From Candidatus Latescibacterota bacterium (GTDB lineage: Bacteria; Latescibacterota; UBA2968; UBA8231), in NCBI GenBank assembly GCA_965205655.1, contig CBDBIJ010000015.1, forward strand, positions 1 through 64,000: 64,000 nt of DNA. Direction: 5' to 3'. Below, one piece after another: positions 10,532 through 18,930 of this stretch. The number at the start of each line of letters is the position of its first letter. The first letter of the stretch is position 1. The notes beneath the pieces were generated by a model that worked only from the letters and a program-made list of their open reading frames with translations, searched no databases and was not told the origin of the DNA. The translations under genes and the position numbers were made by a program.

Positions 10532-11539
10532 ATGGCAAAGCCACATGTACTTGTGACCACCAGTCTCGGCTTTCTCGGGGGCGCCGACGAAAACCCGATC
10601 CGGCAGCGGTTCGGCGAGGCCGGGTTTCAAGCGACTTTTCGAGAGGCATCACCCGGTTGGCCGAACGATGAAACGAAAGAGAAACTCGCCGGGGTGGAAG
10701 CCGTCCTCGCTTCGGCCGAGAGGTTCACGCCGGAGACCCTGGAGCGAGCCGATCGACTCGTCATGATTGCCAGAAACGGCGTCGGATTCGACCGTGTCGA
10801 CCTCGAGCTGTGCACCGAACGGGGTATCGTCGTCACCAACACGCCCGGTGTCATGGCGGATGCGGTCGCCGACCTCGCCATGGCTCTGCTGCTGGCCACC
10901 GTCCGTCACATTGCCGCTGGAGATCGAACTGTCAAAGCAGGTGACTACAAGATTCCCCTGGGTGAAGATCTCGCGTCGATGACACTCGGGCTCCTGGGCT
11001 GCGGCAACATCGGTGCCCAGGTCGTGCGCCGGGCGCTCGGATTCGGCATAGACATCCTGGTTTGCGATCCCTGGGTCGATTCATCCCGTATCGACGAACT
11101 CGGAGCGCGAGCTGTCCCACTCGACGAGCTGTTGAGCGAATCTGATGCCGTGAGCCTCCATCTGCCGCTTACCGACGAGAGCGCCGGGATCGTCGATGAG
11201 GGCTTCCTTGGCCGCATGAAGCCGGGAAGCTACTTGATCAATACTGCCCGCGGAGATCTCGTCGACGAGCACGCCCTCATCGACGCTTTGAGCCGTGGCC
11301 ACATTGCCGGCGCCGGGCTGGACTGTCAGAAGGTGGAGCCGCCAGAGGGAAAATCACTGGAGCTGGTGCGCATGCATCAGGTCGTGGCTTCTCCCCATGT
11401 GGCGTCTTCGACCTTTACCGCGCGCCGTCGAATGTCGCTGATGGCGGCCGGACAGATCGTCGACTGCCTCGAGGGCCGAGTTCCGCAACACGTCGTCAAT
11501 CGCGATGTGCTCGACAAGCTCGACCTAGCGAGTGTCTGA
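10532..11539 (+). CDS. D-isomer-specific 2-hydroxyacid dehydrogenase (phosphoglycerate dehydrogenase-like)
   Basis: GVGFDRVD, VTNTPG, GLLGCGNIG, LINTARG, AGLD and SPHVAS motifs. Confidence 0.92.
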   Translation: MAKPHVLVTTSLGFLGGADENPIRQRFGEAGFQATFREASPGWPNDETKEKLAGVEAVLASAERFTPETLERADRLVMIARNGVGFDRVDLELCTERGIVVTNTPGVMADAVADLAMALLLATVRHIAAGDRTVKAGDYKIPLGEDLASMTLGLLGCGNIGAQVVRRALGFGIDILVCDPWVDSSRIDELGARAVPLDELLSESDAVSLHLPLTDESAGIVDEGFLGRMKPGSYLINTARGDLVDEHALIDALSRGHIAGAGLDCQKVEPPEGKSLELVRMHQVVASPHVASSTFTARRRMSLMAAGQIVDCLEGRVPQHVVNRDVLDKLDLASV

Positions 11540-12298
11540 TGCCGGCGGCGGCATAAAGAACTCGTACCTGCGCCCGTCTCCGTAGCCGGCGACCTCGGTG
11601 AGGACGATACCGGGCGTCTCCATCGCTGCCCGGACGATCCGCTTGTTGAAATCGCTCACGTTCTCGTCGGCTAGGTACTCCGCCACCGGCATCCACAGAC
11701 TTTCGGCGATCTCCTCCTGCTGAATCCTGATCTCCTCGCTCATCGGACGCAGCCGACAAACGAAGTAAATGTCGGACTTCCCGAAGCGGTATTCGTGCCA
11801 GTGACGGAAGCAGATAAGCGCCTCGAACTCCGTTCGCACCCCCGTCTCCTCCTCCACCTCACGGATAACGGCTTCCGCCAGGTGCTCCCCGTCGTGGAGT
11901 GCGCCACCGGGCAGCTTGTACCGCGGCGGACTGCCGTCAGTGCGATGGTAGCGCTCGGACACGACGAGCAGCTCCCGCCGGCCGTTGAGCACGACCCCGC
12001 CGGCGCCGATGTAGTGTGACGCGTGCGCCGGAACGAAAGCGTCATCTTCAAGCCGACAGGTGAGCATGAGATACTCCTCGTCGCAATGATGGAACGCAAA
12101 CCCACGCTCTACTGCCACCGGAACCAGCTGCGATTTCTCGATGGGAACCTCCAGCCAGACCAAGCGGTACCCGGACTCCCTCCACGCCGCCAGAGAGGCG
12201 GTGAGTCGCTCGTCGAACATGGCCGGATCTGGATGCAGGTCATCCGGTGTTGGAATGACACCGCCGAACTGGTTGCTCGTCGATTCGATGATTCTCAT
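11525..12298 (-). CDS. Nudix hydrolase with pre-Nudix N-terminal domain (NUDT6/plant NUDT2-like architecture)
   Basis: Nudix box LPGG..GEHLAEAVIREVEEETGV. VWLEVP..GFAFHH N-domain and FGKSDIYFVC. Confidence 0.88.
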   Translation of the reverse strand: MRIIESTSNQFGGVIPTPDDLHPDPAMFDERLTASLAAWRESGYRLVWLEVPIEKSQLVPVAVERGFAFHHCDEEYLMLTCRLEDDAFVPAHASHYIGAGGVVLNGRRELLVVSERYHRTDGSPPRYKLPGGALHDGEHLAEAVIREVEEETGVRTEFEALICFRHWHEYRFGKSDIYFVCRLRPMSEEIRIQQEEIAESLWMPVAEYLADENVSDFNKRIVRAAMETPGIVLTEVAGYGDGRRYEFFMPPPASDTR

Positions 12299-12349
12299 TC
12301 GGGCGTACTTCCGTCACAAATGGCCTAATCACACATTTTTGACGACCGA

Positions 12350-12378
12350 TGGCAAATATCGGGATTTTTAGGTATAAT
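12350..12378 (+). promoter_or_regulatory. sigma70-type promoter for the small protein at 12433
   Basis: TGGCAA, 17-bp spacer, TATAAT in an AT-rich intergenic region. Confidence 0.6.
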
Positions 12379-12432
12379 AGTCGTAGAGTCTCCCCCCTAT
12401 ATAAAAAAATCTATCTGCGAAAGGAGCACTCC

Positions 12433-12633
12433 ATGGCGTTTTCCTATACGAACTCCAAGGGCAAGTCATACATCCTGCATCACAAGACGACTACTCTTAA
12501 AAACGGCAACACCCAGACGATCTACTTCTTCGGCAAGGAAGAGAAAGAGGGCGCCCTGGATGCCGTACCAGATGGATACGAGGTTTCCGAGAGCAAGAAC
12601 GGACTTCCAGTCCTGAGGCGGTCGAACAAGTAA
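12433..12633 (+). CDS. small hypothetical protein (66 aa)
   Basis: AAGGAG RBS and coding-like codon usage. MAFSYTNSKGKSYILH...IYFF...GYEVSESKNGLPVLRR. Confidence 0.85.
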   Translation: MAFSYTNSKGKSYILHHKTTTLKNGNTQTIYFFGKEEKEGALDAVPDGYEVSESKNGLPVLRRSNK

Positions 12634-12769
12634 CCCGGGACACACGATCGAGGTATAGTGCAACACGACTGACATCGACTCACCTGAATGAATGCGGGGC
12701 ACCGAAGACATCTTCGGTGCCCTTTTCCATAGGCTCGGAAGCGCCTCGTTCGCAAGAGCCCCTGCTCGC

Positions 12770-13663
12770 ATGAGCCTCCTCGTCTCTCGCTCCGAAGTGA
12801 AGAGCATTCTCACCCGGACCTCCGGATATCTCGAGACGGTTTCTTCCCATTCGCTTCAGCCGTACAGGGGGTGTACCTATGGCAACGCCCTGTGTGGAGT
12901 CGGCTGTTATGTTCAGCACAACTCATTTCTCACGCGCGGCGCTGCCTGGGGCAGTTTTCTCGAATACCGCGTCAACGCGGCAGAGTGCTATTTAAACATG
13001 GGGAGAGACCATGGGGAGAGAGCGACGATGGGGAGAGAGCGACGATGGGCCCACGCGAACCGGCGCTCCTTCTCCGTCTTCATGTCCAGCTCCACCGACC
13101 CCTTCGTGCCGCAAGAGCGTCAGTTCCGACTGACCAGGGCGGGCATCGAAGCCATGCTCGCGGAACCTCCTGACGAGCTCATCCTGCAGACACATTCACA
13201 TCGCGTCACCGACTATCTCGATCTCTACGGCAGGTTGGCAGTGAGCACGGATCTGCGCTTCCACGTCTCCATCGAGAGCGACCTCGACAGACTGCCGGGA
13301 CTGCCACCGCCGGCGAGCTCTGTCGAGGATCGCTTTGAGAGTGTCGCCGATCTCGCAGACCGCGATTTGCGCGTCGTCGTCACTGTGTCTCCACTTCTGC
13401 CCATGCGCGATCCCGAGTTCTTCTTCCACAGAATCGCGGCCTCAGCTGACGCTGTCGTCATCGATCATTTCATCCGCGGAGACGGCTCTCCCGATGGCTC
13501 TCGCACCTTGAAGACTGCGCTGCCGCGCGCCATGGCCGCCGTCGAAGCGGGGTCGGTCGATCTCGCCTACCGCGACTCCATCGTCGAGATCGCCCGCCAA
13601 ATAATGCCCGGCCGAGTCGGCGTGAGTGTCGATGGCTTTGCTGGTCGAATGCTGCCGGTTTAG
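12770..13663 (+). CDS. radical SAM protein, SplB/Rv2578c-like, with variant Cys motif
   Basis: SILT..SG, QPYRGC-TYGNAL-C-GVG-CY, FMSSSTDPF, SIESD, VSPLLP. Confidence 0.75.
   Translation: MSLLVSRSEVKSILTRTSGYLETVSSHSLQPYRGCTYGNALCGVGCYVQHNSFLTRGAAWGSFLEYRVNAAECYLNMGRDHGERATMGRERRWAHANRRSFSVFMSSSTDPFVPQERQFRLTRAGIEAMLAEPPDELILQTHSHRVTDYLDLYGRLAVSTDLRFHVSIESDLDRLPGLPPPASSVEDRFESVADLADRDLRVVVTVSPLLPMRDPEFFFHRIAASADAVVIDHFIRGDGSPDGSRTLKTALPRAMAAVEAGSVDLAYRDSIVEIARQIMPGRVGVSVDGFAGRMLPV
12997..13044 (+). repeat. nested short tandem duplications (13 bp + 17 bp) inside the radical SAM gene
   Basis: catggggagagac / catggggagagagcgacg / atggggagagagcgacg. Net +30 bp keeps the frame. Confidence 0.75.
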
Positions 13664-13664
13664 T

Positions 13665-14987
13665 TTGGCTCAAAACAACCTCCCCGTGTGGCGCGTAACC
13701 CTCCTCCTCGGCCCCGCCGTCATCGCCGCGAGCTTCTGGCTTGCCGTCGCAAAGGTCGAGCCGTTCGCCTCCAATATCTATCTCTTCGCCTGGTACGGAC
13801 TCATCCTCTCCTTCGATCAGATCATTCGCCACATCGAAGATCGCTCGCTCATAGCGCGCCTCGGTCCGTCGTTTTTTCTCGTCCTATTCTGGTCGTCGGC
13901 AACCTGGTTCATCTTTGAGCTCGTCAACCTCCGCATCCAGAACTGGTACTACATTTTCCTCGCCGAAGACCTCGTCGTCCGCTTCGTCGGAACCGTCGTC
14001 AGCTTCGCCACCGTCCTTCCCGGTATCTTCTGGATCGATCACTGCTTGGCCCTCAAGGGCGTGGGACGCCCGGGGCGCTGGCGGCGGCTTCGATTCTCGA
14101 ATCCTTCCCTTTACGCCCTCCAGCTCGACGGTCTCCTGATGATGATGCTCGCTCTCGTGTGGCCGCAGTACTTTTTCCCCCTGGTGTGGGTCGCGCTGAC
14201 TCTGTTCGTCGCACCCATCAATTATCGCCGCGGTATCGACGGACTTCTCGCTCAGCTCGAGGTCGGCAACTACGGTCCCACCCTGCGGCTGCTCCTCACT
14301 GGACTGATCGCCGGGGTTTTCTGGGAGTTCTTCAACTTCTGGGCGAGGTCGAAATGGATTTACACCGTTCCCTACTTCGATGAGCTCAAGCTTTTCGAGA
14401 TGCCCATTCTCGGTTTTCTCGGCTTTCCGCCCTTCGCCGTGGAGTGTGCCTGCCTATACAGATTGCTCGTTTGGCATCGGCTTGCACCTCCCTTTGGTGC
14501 CTTCACCCGACAGAAGGAGGAGACTGGCCGGCTGACACGGGGCGTCGCCATCGTCGCCGCCGCAATCTGCTCTGTTGGCTCATTCTACTACATGGATCGT
14601 CAGACCGTGGTGTCCTATGCGCCGCGGATCGATGACGTGCAGGCATTGTCCGAGCAAGATCGTCGGCGGCTGGACGAACTCGGAATCCGCTATCTGACCG
14701 AGTTGGAGGGGACGGGATCGGATGCTCTGTGGAGGAAGCTGAAGGACGAGTTCGGCAATGAGGACACAGACAGAATCTGGCGAACTTCGAGCCTCTATCT
14801 GCACCAGGGAATCGGCGTCAAGACAGGGAACCTCATCGTCGAAGCCGGCTACGGCTCTCTCGACGACCTAGTGGGTTACTCTGCCGACGAGATTCGCGAA
14901 CAGCTGACGAGCGTGGCCGGAGATCGTCGTGTGCCCACCCTGGCCCAGATCCGAGTCTGGATTCGACGGCTCCCTCGATCAGGTTGA
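13665..14987 (+). CDS. polytopic membrane protein with C-terminal DUF4332-like (helix-hairpin-helix) domain
   Basis: About 8 TM segments with WEFFNFWA..KWIYTVP and FEMPILGFLGFPPFAVE. Soluble tail has GIGVKTGNLIVEAGYGSLDDL and PTLAQIRVWI. Start uncertain. Confidence 0.7.
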   Translation: MAQNNLPVWRVTLLLGPAVIAASFWLAVAKVEPFASNIYLFAWYGLILSFDQIIRHIEDRSLIARLGPSFFLVLFWSSATWFIFELVNLRIQNWYYIFLAEDLVVRFVGTVVSFATVLPGIFWIDHCLALKGVGRPGRWRRLRFSNPSLYALQLDGLLMMMLALVWPQYFFPLVWVALTLFVAPINYRRGIDGLLAQLEVGNYGPTLRLLLTGLIAGVFWEFFNFWARSKWIYTVPYFDELKLFEMPILGFLGFPPFAVECACLYRLLVWHRLAPPFGAFTRQKEETGRLTRGVAIVAAAICSVGSFYYMDRQTVVSYAPRIDDVQALSEQDRRRLDELGIRYLTELEGTGSDALWRKLKDEFGNEDTDRIWRTSSLYLHQGIGVKTGNLIVEAGYGSLDDLVGYSADEIREQLTSVAGDRRVPTLAQIRVWIRRLPRSG

Positions 14988-15090
14988 TCGCCGGCTACTT
15001 GATCTGGCGCTCGACAATGTCGAAATACTACGCGTCACCGTCCTATTGTCAGATGAGGTAAACAGCAGCCTGGCGCTGTAACGCCACCCA

Positions 15091-15897
15091 ATGCCCGCGA
15101 TTCTGTGTCCCAGCTGTCGCAAGCTCATCAACAGCGACGAGCCGCGCTGTCCCTACTGTGGTCAGTTGCGGCCGGGAATGTTCGGGCTCACCACCTTTCT
15201 GCGGCGTCTCGGTCTTCAGGTCGACTTCCCGCATATCATCACCGTCGTCTGCGTCGCCCTCTATGTGGTTGCCCTCCTGCTCGATCCCGGCGCCATCCTC
15301 GAACCGCGGGGCATGATGAGTATTCTCGCCCCCAGCATGCAATCGAGTTTCAAAGTGGGGATGAGCGGGGCGTACCCCGTTTTTCAGGAAGGTCGCTGGT
15401 GGACGATCTTCACCGCCATCTACCTGCACGGTGGACTCATTCACATCCTCTTCAACATGATGTGGGTAAGGCAACTCGGTCCACTCGTCGAGGAGCTGTT
15501 CGGCCCCTTTCGTCTCTTCGTCATCTTCACCGTCTCCGGCGCCGCCGGCTTCGTCGTCTCGTCGTATATGGGCAACGCCTTCACTCTCGGCGCCTCCGGC
15601 TCCATCTTCGGGCTCCTCGCCGCGGCCATCGTCTACGGTCGCCAGCGCGGAAGCACCATGTTCACCCGCCAGTTTCTGCAGTGGGCGGTCATGCTCTTCA
15701 TCTTCGGTCTCTTCTTCGACGGCGTAGACAACTCGGCCCACGCCGGTGGCTTTGTCGGCGGCTACGCCACCGCCCTCGCTTTCAGCCGCCAGCAGGGCGA
15801 TCGCGAGGGGATCGGCACCTACCTCCTCGCCGGCCTGTGCCTCATCGCCACCTTCGTGGCCTTCGCTCTGCAACTGCTGCGGGCCCTCCTCGTCTGA
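15091..15897 (+). CDS. rhomboid family intramembrane serine protease with N-terminal zinc ribbon
   Basis: CPSC..CPYC, HILFNM, catalytic GASG and AHAGG. Confidence 0.93.
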   Translation: MPAILCPSCRKLINSDEPRCPYCGQLRPGMFGLTTFLRRLGLQVDFPHIITVVCVALYVVALLLDPGAILEPRGMMSILAPSMQSSFKVGMSGAYPVFQEGRWWTIFTAIYLHGGLIHILFNMMWVRQLGPLVEELFGPFRLFVIFTVSGAAGFVVSSYMGNAFTLGASGSIFGLLAAAIVYGRQRGSTMFTRQFLQWAVMLFIFGLFFDGVDNSAHAGGFVGGYATALAFSRQQGDREGIGTYLLAGLCLIATFVAFALQLLRALLV

Positions 15898-15898
15898 G

Positions 15899-16660
15899 AT
15901 GCCGACGTCGAAAAAGGCCTCATTGGAGGCAGCTCCAGAGGAGGCAGCTCCAGAGGAGGCAGCTCCAGAGGAGGCAGCTCCAGAGGAGGCAGCTCCAGAG
16001 GAGGCAGCTCCAGAGGAGCTGGCCGTCTTCGACGATGAAGGCCGGCAAATCGGCGTCAAGTCGCGCGCCGACGTCCACCGCGATGGAGACTGGCATCAAC
16101 TCGTGTTTGTCTGGTGTGCCTGGGTGGATGAAGATGGCGCAGGACGAATGCTTCTACAGCAGCGAGCTCGTCCCGGCGATCCCTACGCCAGCAACCTGGA
16201 TGCTCCGGCCGGCGGACACGTCGTCGCCGCCGAGTCCCACTTCGAAGCGGCGGGAAGAGAATTCGCCGAGGAGGTCGGTGTCGAGCTCGCAGAGCAAGAC
16301 CTCATCTATCTGGGGCAGTCCAGGCTCGACAATCCCACCGGTACCTGCCGCCGCGTCATTCAGCACTTCTATCTGGCACGCATGCCCGTCGACCTGACAG
16401 AGCTGAGATTCAACGAGGAGGTAAACGGTTTCGTCGTGGCTGAGCTGGAAGGGTTTGCCGAGGTCGTGGAGGGACGACGGTCGAGCCTGGAGGCCCAGGC
16501 CCGCTTTCAATCGGCGCCGGGGGAGGTTGTCGCTTTCGCCGTGACCGGGAACGCCTTTACCTACCCCGAGCGAATCATGGACGTGATTCGCAAGTCGGTG
16601 GCAGCCATTCGTGCCGCTCTCTTCGACCGCCGCATCGATCTCGACATCTGGACCGATTAG
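15899..16660 (+). CDS. Nudix hydrolase (IDI-like subfamily) with EAAPE repeat leader
   Basis: VHRDGDWH, LLQQR, AGGHVVAAES...AGREFAEEVGV. Confidence 0.82.
   Translation: MPTSKKASLEAAPEEAAPEEAAPEEAAPEEAAPEEAAPEELAVFDDEGRQIGVKSRADVHRDGDWHQLVFVWCAWVDEDGAGRMLLQQRARPGDPYASNLDAPAGGHVVAAESHFEAAGREFAEEVGVELAEQDLIYLGQSRLDNPTGTCRRVIQHFYLARMPVDLTELRFNEEVNGFVVAELEGFAEVVEGRRSSLEAQARFQSAPGEVVAFAVTGNAFTYPERIMDVIRKSVAAIRAALFDRRIDLDIWTD
15925..16014 (+). repeat. perfect 15-bp tandem repeat, 6 copies (VNTR)
   Basis: GGAGGCAGCTCCAGA x6, encoding (EAAPE)6. Confidence 0.97.
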
Positions 16661-16672
16661 CCGAGCCTGCTC

Positions 16673-18154
16673 TCAGACCTTCGCGCTCTGCCGAATGTAG
16701 GCCCTCATGTGCTCGCGCGCCCTGCCGTCGTCAATCGCCGCTCGGGCCCTCGAAACAGATTCATTCTTCCCAGCGCAGATTCCGAGCCAATAGTCGATCA
16801 TGGCGGCGTTGAGCACGATGCGGTCCTGCACGTGGCCCGGCTCTCCTTCGAGAGCCCGCATACCGGCTCGTGCGAAGGACTCGGCGGTCACCGGTTCGAG
16901 TCGCGGATTCTGGTCGTAGTTGAAACCGAGCGCGGCAGGGTCCACATCAGAGGCAAACTCCCCGCGCCCAGGCTCTACCGCTCGAAAGCCCTGAGTGAAA
17001 TTGATCGCTTTGCGTTCATCCGAAGAGGGTTTGCCCAGGCGCAGTGAGTAGCCGGTCGAACCCTCTTCCCCCTTTATCACAACACCGGCGCGGTAGCCAC
17101 GATCCTTCATCAGTCCCAGCAGCTTCTCCTCGTATCCAACGTGGAAGAAGCCGACTGCCATGTAGTTGTCATTCGGGCAGACATACAATTGCTGTGCCTT
17201 TTCCGTCGTCGCCCAGGGAGGGCGCTTGGCGATGTGGCTCCTCAACTCCCGAAGTCGATACAATTGCGGTGCGTACTGCTTCTGGGAAACGTAGGCGAAT
17301 CCGACCTCCGGATTCTCCAGCAGCTTCGCCGCTTGCTGGAGCGACAGGTCCGTTTTCGCCCCGAGCGCCCGGAGTATTTGCTCATCCGTGATTCCTCTTT
17401 TTGGGGGCAGCTCGTCCACTCCGTGCAGGACCGTCGACTCCTCGCAGGCGGCTCTCACGGCCGCCACAAACGGGGTGGAGCGGACGTAGCGCGTGTTGCC
17501 GTCGAAGGGCTCTCCCATGTGCGTCAGCGATCGCACCGAGATTTCCATCGTCTCGTCCGGCGACACGACCGCGTCGCAGTATCCGCGAACCTCTTCGAAG
17601 CTCTCGATATTCATGCGCTGCCCGATGATGGCGGCCGCCTTCAGCCCCTCCCGAACCTCGCCGCCCAGAATGGCCTCGCACATCTGCCGCGTCGTTTCAT
17701 AGTCGAGATGCTCACCGGCGAGAATTCGTCTCAGTGCGCCTAGCACGAGGATCTCGTCCGGACCCTCTCCGGCGAAATCGCTGTCGGGATCCATGAGGAA
17801 GCGGATATGGTCGGGCAGCGTACGCTCGAGCGCCTCTCCGTACCTGGCGAAAGCCGCACGCTCCGCCTCGTTCCAATTCGTGCTCTCCTCGAACCCCTTG
17901 CGGATCGTCATCGCCGCGAAAAATGCGCCCATCTGGGCGTCGGACACCTGCTCTGCCGATGCGAGCTCATCTCGCGCCGAGCGCAGAATGAGTTCGAGTA
18001 CTCGATCGGGCTGCGGATCGGTTGGCTTGCCGCCCAGGGGTCGGGACTGGTGCGGTCCGGTGCAGACCCTCCGCTGCGCTTCGAGCACCTCCTCATTCGG
18101 TCCCGGGAATCGCGCTGTGAGATCCGCGGGCGCGGCGATTTTTTCGGCGTGCAT
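16673..18154 (-). CDS. anthranilate phosphoribosyltransferase-like protein (glycosyltransferase family 3, YbiB/TrpD2-like)
   Basis: QMGAFFAAM, GEPFDGNTR, VLHGVDELPPKRG, KRPPWATTEK, IKGEEG. Confidence 0.8.
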   Translation of the reverse strand: MHAEKIAAPADLTARFPGPNEEVLEAQRRVCTGPHQSRPLGGKPTDPQPDRVLELILRSARDELASAEQVSDAQMGAFFAAMTIRKGFEESTNWNEAERAAFARYGEALERTLPDHIRFLMDPDSDFAGEGPDEILVLGALRRILAGEHLDYETTRQMCEAILGGEVREGLKAAAIIGQRMNIESFEEVRGYCDAVVSPDETMEISVRSLTHMGEPFDGNTRYVRSTPFVAAVRAACEESTVLHGVDELPPKRGITDEQILRALGAKTDLSLQQAAKLLENPEVGFAYVSQKQYAPQLYRLRELRSHIAKRPPWATTEKAQQLYVCPNDNYMAVGFFHVGYEEKLLGLMKDRGYRAGVVIKGEEGSTGYSLRLGKPSSDERKAINFTQGFRAVEPGRGEFASDVDPAALGFNYDQNPRLEPVTAESFARAGMRALEGEPGHVQDRIVLNAAMIDYWLGICAGKNESVSRARAAIDDGRAREHMRAYIRQSAKV

Positions 18155-18930
18155 TCGCTTAACCAGTCGTGTGGGTCCGCAGAGCGCTCTCCGGCTCCGT
18201 TGGCCCAGTCGCAGCTCCTGTAAAGATTGTCTTCGATTGCCCCGAACGTGTCAATGAAATGACAAACCGCGAGAGCATACGACGCACGCTCAGTCGCATT
18301 GATGGCCTCGGATACAAGGCCTACAAAGATCTTCGCGGCACCTACAGCTTTCCCGAACTGATTCTCTACATCGACCACGTTCAGGGCGACCCCTTTGCCG
18401 CGCCGAGTAGATTGCGGATTCGCATCGCCCAGGAGCGGGCGCAATACCCGGACCATCTGTTTGCCAATCCGAGTCGACGTCGCGCTCTGTGCACCTACAT
18501 GGCGGGCCGGTTCGCCTGCGCCGCAGACCGAGCGGCCATCAGATCGGGCTCGGGCAAGAGCGGACTCATCCAGATCGATTCGCCGGGGCAGGAGATCCTC
18601 GAGCGATCCTGCATACAGGTGACCGACGCATATGTCGAAGCTCGGTTTTTCGTGGGACTGCCCGCCGCCGGCAGGCGCGTGTTGGGAGAGCTTGCGACGA
18701 AGCTGTTGTGTGAAGCGATCCCCACCATCGCCGAGAGCGCCCTCATTTACCGCAACAGCGACGCCGCCGCGATCGATCGCTTCGTCTGTACGTGTGAGGA
18801 CGCCGATGCCCTGCGCTCTTCGATCGCCACGCGCGGCCTCGTTGCCTTCGTCGCCGATGGGGCGCTGCTGCCGCGAGCGACCGGTGTCGACGACCGTCCT
18901 CTCAGCGGCGATGGGGTCGTCAGATTCGAA

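Noticed and set aside
15925..16014. Repeat array as a possible CRISPR
   Set aside because: The units are contiguous with no spacers, only 15 bp long and in frame in a CDS, and no cas genes are present
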